A stretch of 28,121 nt of DNA from a virus (lineage: Duplodnaviria; Caudoviricetes): IMG/VR virus record IMGVR_UViG_3300030376_002572, positions 1 to 28,121 of that record; one strand, 5' to 3'. Under the pieces are notes generated by a model. The model was not told the DNA's origin. It was given only the letters and a program-made list of their open reading frames with translations, and made no database searches. Shown here in pieces: positions 24,932-28,121 of this stretch (within the stretch, counting starts at the first letter, position 1; every line of letters begins with the position of its first letter). The position numbers and the translations under genes are program-made.

Positions 24932-25336
24932 ATGTCAACTGAAGATAAAGCACCAGAACAGCAAACACCATACAAAGTTAAAAATATAAAATACGGCGAT
25001 AAAACCGTACGTGGCAGAGTTGTGGGCCGAAACAAAACAGTTATACCAGAACAAGAATTTGAGAAATTAGCAGAACTTCATTGCACATGGCAAGAGATAT
25101 CAGATTGGTATAGAGTGCCAGTCAGTACCTTACGGGATAACTTCGCAGATTTATACGAAAAAGGAACTACCGCAACGAAACAGAGACTCAGAAAAGCACA
25201 ATTAAAGTTGGCCTTAAACGGTGACAGGACAATGCTTATATGGTTAGGCAAGAATATCCTGGGTCAAATGGAACAACCGATAAATACTACTGAGGACAAA
25301 GTCCTCCCATGGTTAGAAGAATCTGGTGAATCCTAA
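24932..25336 (+). CDS. terS: Terminase small subunit
   Basis: HTH (CTWQEISDWYRVPVSTL) and LRKAQ..ALNGDRTMLIWLGKNILGQ; upstream of terL; AGGAG spacing favours the ATG at 24932. Confidence 0.85.
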   Translation: MSTEDKAPEQQTPYKVKNIKYGDKTVRGRVVGRNKTVIPEQEFEKLAELHCTWQEISDWYRVPVSTLRDNFADLYEKGTTATKQRLRKAQLKLALNGDRTMLIWLGKNILGQMEQPINTTEDKVLPWLEESGES

Positions 25337-25408
25337 ATATGCATAGCAATATGCTGTTCTAATGATAGTTGCCAAACGTTCAATCACACAGATGATTCTA
25401 TTAAGACA

Positions 25409-25447
25409 GGGCACCAATACCCCGGTGCCCGGTCACTTCGAGGGGTA
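25409..25447 (+). promoter_or_regulatory. Predicted H-type pseudoknot covering the terL RBS
   Basis: Stem 1 gggcacc/ggtgccc; stem 2 tacccc (25418-25423) / ggggta (25442-25447). Confidence 0.65.
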
Positions 25448-25452
25448 AAGAT

Positions 25453-26682
25453 GTGCAGTTAACAGATATACAAAAATCAATATTATCAGACGATACCAGA
25501 TTTGTCGTTTTAGTTGCAGGTCGTCGTTTTTCAAAAACATTTATAGCAATCAATTCATTAGCCAAACATGCCAGACATCCTGGTAAAAAGTGTATGTATG
25601 TTGCCCCCACATACAGAATGGCCCGCCAAATAGCCTGGGAAGACTGTAAATCCATGCTGAGAGAACGCAACTGGATAAAGAAAATTAATGAAAGTAACTT
25701 GGAAATAACATTAGTAAATGGCAGTATGATAATGATGCGTAGTGCTGACAACAAGGACAGTATACGTGGTATAGGTTTAGACTATGTTGTTATAGATGAA
25801 GCCGCTGATATACCAGGCCTACAGGAAACCTGGCAAGCCGTAATAAGACCTACTTTATCTGACCGTGAAGGCGATGCTATGATAATAGGTACACCCAAAG
25901 GAAAAGGGTTTCTGTTTGATTTGTTCAATACAGCAAAAACCAGTAAAGACTGGAAGAGTTATCAGTATACCACAGCACAAGGCGGACAAGTAAGTGAAGA
26001 AGAATTAGCACAGGCTAAAAGAGATCTTGATGAACGAACTTATAAGCAGGAATTCGAGGCAGGATGGGTAGAGTTCGCAGGCAGTATATACTATGCTTTT
26101 GGAGATCACAACGTAATCAGTAAGTCAGTACCGTTACAGCAAGGTACTCCTATACAAGTAGGAATGGACTTTAACGTTTCGCCAATATGTGCTGTATTGG
26201 CCTACAAAACAATGACTGGCTTACACATATTCGATGAGATAGAGATATACGGATCAGATACACAAGAAATGTGCAACGAAATACGCCAGAGATACCCAGA
26301 CCAACGTTTTATAGCATATCCAGATGCTAGTGGTGCCAGAAGGCAAACCAGTAGCGGAGGATTGAGTGATCACATTATTATAAAGAATGCTGGCTTTAAG
26401 GTAATATGTGGTACCCAGAATCCACCAGTTAAAGACCGTATAGCCAGTGTAAATAGTGTATGTAAACAGGATAATATTAGATTGACAATAGATCCAAAGT
26501 GTGCTAAAGTAATTAATGGTTTAAGAAAGCATACATACAAGGAAGGTACCAGACAACCAGAAAAGGACGGTGCTACAGACTTCAGTCACTTTAATGATGC
26601 ATTAGGATATATGGTATATGCCAATTATCCAGTTAGACCAGATGTAAAACAAACATATGGTAAAGTAAGTAGAACACTATAG
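25453..26682 (+). CDS. terL: Terminase large subunit
   Basis: Walker A-like AGRRFSKT, Walker B YVVIDE, GTP coupling motif, nuclease GMDFN..DASG..HFNDALGY. Confidence 0.96.
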   Translation: MQLTDIQKSILSDDTRFVVLVAGRRFSKTFIAINSLAKHARHPGKKCMYVAPTYRMARQIAWEDCKSMLRERNWIKKINESNLEITLVNGSMIMMRSADNKDSIRGIGLDYVVIDEAADIPGLQETWQAVIRPTLSDREGDAMIIGTPKGKGFLFDLFNTAKTSKDWKSYQYTTAQGGQVSEEELAQAKRDLDERTYKQEFEAGWVEFAGSIYYAFGDHNVISKSVPLQQGTPIQVGMDFNVSPICAVLAYKTMTGLHIFDEIEIYGSDTQEMCNEIRQRYPDQRFIAYPDASGARRQTSSGGLSDHIIIKNAGFKVICGTQNPPVKDRIASVNSVCKQDNIRLTIDPKCAKVINGLRKHTYKEGTRQPEKDGATDFSHFNDALGYMVYANYPVRPDVKQTYGKVSRTL

Positions 26683-26691
26683 GAGTTAAAA

Positions 26692-26868
26692 ATGGCAAAA
26701 CAAGTAGAATATGTTATAAGTGTAATAGAACCAGAACAGGAATACTTAAAGTATTTCCGTAACAGTACATTAGATAACTGTAGGCAAAAAGCACAGGAAT
26801 ACTTATGGGGGTGTCCAGAAGGCACAAAATACATTTATATCACAACGAGGTTAGCAGATGCAGAATAA
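26692..26868 (+). CDS. Small hypothetical protein, 58 aa (MAKQVEYVISVIEPEQEYLKYF...)
   Basis: AGGAG RBS at 26681-26685; not in the ORF track. Confidence 0.75.
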   Translation: MAKQVEYVISVIEPEQEYLKYFRNSTLDNCRQKAQEYLWGCPEGTKYIYITTRLADAE

Positions 26869-27106
26869 ACATTCATTCAAAGTATGGGATAAACAGGGAC
26901 AATTTATGACAAAGTATACCACAGAAGAAGTATATAAAATTACAGTCAATTACCCACATACACACAGAACACTAGAATTTATAGGCATGGACCGTGGTAG
27001 TTGCATACTACAGGCCGAGGTTGCTAAAGAAGAGGACGACTCAGTTATGCTTATGATATCAGAAGATACAGTTAAATTATTACAAAAGGAGAAAATGAAG
27101 ATATGA
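26858..27106 (+). CDS. Hypothetical protein, 82 aa
   Basis: GAGG upstream; overlaps both neighbours. Confidence 0.6.
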   Translation: MQNKHSFKVWDKQGQFMTKYTTEEVYKITVNYPHTHRTLEFIGMDRGSCILQAEVAKEEDDSVMLMISEDTVKLLQKEKMKI

Positions 27107-27288
27107 AATTACCAGAATATATGACAAAAGAAAGCACACATACCACAATTGGTGTTAACACAATGAGCTTAGTAGGACTTAGCCTTATGTGGGGACACAT
27201 GACAGATATGATATCATTATGGTTTTTACCACTTACTATACTATCACTGTTAGCAGGATTTGGTAACGAAGTACGCAAAAGAGATTAA
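27103..27288 (+). CDS. Small membrane protein with two hydrophobic segments (holin candidate)
   Basis: 61 aa, two TM-like stretches, charged C-terminus EVRKRD. Confidence 0.55.
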   Translation: MKLPEYMTKESTHTTIGVNTMSLVGLSLMWGHMTDMISLWFLPLTILSLLAGFGNEVRKRD

Positions 27289-27290
27289 TT

Positions 27291-27557
27291 ATGGACGAAT
27301 TTACAAGGAAGTCAACCGCTCATATGGATCAGAAGTTAGTCAAACAGGCTATAAAGGCTATTGACAAGTCACCAGAACTTAAAAAGATCAGAAGTATTAA
27401 AGACGGTATGCAGTATAGTGAGATCAATACAGGTGTTAATGATCAGCAATATAAAGATAACTATGATAAAATAAAGTGGACTAAAGATAAGGATAAACCC
27501 AAACCCAAGTTCAAAGTCAGAGTTAATGGCAAGGTTATAAACGATGAAGAAGAGTAA
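27291..27557 (+). CDS. Hypothetical protein, 88 aa, QYKDNYDKI motif
   Basis: ORF track; tightly packed with neighbours. Confidence 0.7.
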   Translation: MDEFTRKSTAHMDQKLVKQAIKAIDKSPELKKIRSIKDGMQYSEINTGVNDQQYKDNYDKIKWTKDKDKPKPKFKVRVNGKVINDEEE

Positions 27558-27711
27558 TTGGCATGGCGGAAAGGGCAGTACACCAAGAACAGACACTAAC
27601 AGTAAACAATATCAGGATAATTGGGAAAAGATATTTGGCAAGCCTAGAGATAACATAAGCACCAGAGATAAGGAAATAAAAAATGGCAAAAACACAAACA
27701 AAGACAAGTAA
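27544..27711 (+). CDS. Small basic protein, 55 aa (MKKSNWHGGKGSTPRTDTNSKQYQDNWEKIFGK...)
   Basis: Fills the gap between annotated ORFs; AAGG upstream; shares a motif with the preceding ORF. Confidence 0.75.
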   Translation: MKKSNWHGGKGSTPRTDTNSKQYQDNWEKIFGKPRDNISTRDKEIKNGKNTNKDK

Positions 27712-27931
27712 CAAATATGGAGAGATACCTAAAGGTAGCCAATTGGGCTTCTTTAAATTTGGAACAGCAGTATATGATGCACCTATAACATACAGTTATG
27801 GTTATATAACAGCACCTACAAAAGAACACATGGACTTGGCAGTACTTAATCATATAACAAAGTATGGACTAAGAGAAATAGAATCAATAACACAGGAAGA
27901 ATATGAGAGCAAAACACAAATACAATCCTAA
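27683..27931 (+). CDS. Hypothetical protein, 82 aa
   Basis: AAGGA RBS. Confidence 0.7.
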   Translation: MAKTQTKTSNKYGEIPKGSQLGFFKFGTAVYDAPITYSYGYITAPTKEHMDLAVLNHITKYGLREIESITQEEYESKTQIQS

Positions 27932-27965
27932 AACACGAGAAGGTGCTAGGAGAATAGCACAAAGT

Positions 27966-28121
27966 ATGGGATATAAGCATACTATATATGATGATCCCAA
28001 AATGATCGCATTGTTATATCGTGCTGGTATAGTAATGCAGGGCATAGACTATGGAGCAGAAGCAACATATGTTGATGATAACCCTGTACTAGATACTGAT
28101 CATATAGCAGATACAGAAACA
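27966..28121 (+). CDS. Hypothetical protein (partial, runs off the window end)
   Basis: 52 open codons MGYKHTIYDDPKMIALLYRAG...HIADTET; AGGAG upstream. Confidence 0.6.
   Translation, partial: MGYKHTIYDDPKMIALLYRAGIVMQGIDYGAEATYVDDNPVLDTDHIADTET

Noticed and set aside
25409-25447. SAM-II/SAM-V or preQ1 riboswitch identity for the pseudoknot
   Set aside because: Loop 1 is only 2 nt and the ligand-binding consensus nucleotides are not evident.
2349-27853. Many minus-strand ORFs in the track (e.g. 13527-14372, 14901-15488, 7403-7771)
   Set aside because: They are antisense shadows of well-supported plus-strand genes, with no recognisable motifs.
1-28121. tRNA genes, integrase/att sites, stop-codon recoding, gene transfer agent
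   Set aside because: I saw no cloverleaf or recombinase. Genes end normally at TAA, TAG and TGA. There are no flanking host genes and the ends appear to join.

Overview
The window is an AT-rich tailed dsDNA phage genome (siphovirus-like), probably near-complete and circularly permuted. All credible genes lie on the + strand. Gene order: portal, scaffold, major capsid, head-tail/neck genes, tail tube, G/GT chaperones with a lambda-type GGGAAAG frameshift, tape measure, tail tip, Gly-rich protein, a 1586-aa fibre, small ORFs, a structured non-coding region, terS, terL and more small ORFs. I recognise no DNA polymerase, primase, helicase, integrase, sigma factor or endolysin. Most transcription modules are instead preceded by a -35-less (G)ATAAATA box resembling the T4 gp55 late promoter. 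The lead hypothesis is a virion-autonomous satellite that builds its own particle but borrows late transcription, replication and lysis from a T4-like helper. Other notable features are a capsid protein with permuted (BPP-1-like) element order, a pseudoknot occluding the terL ribosome-binding site, two convergent candidate small RNAs upstream of the portal gene, and a hairpin-rich candidate origin. All family calls come from motif recognition and synteny, not database searches.
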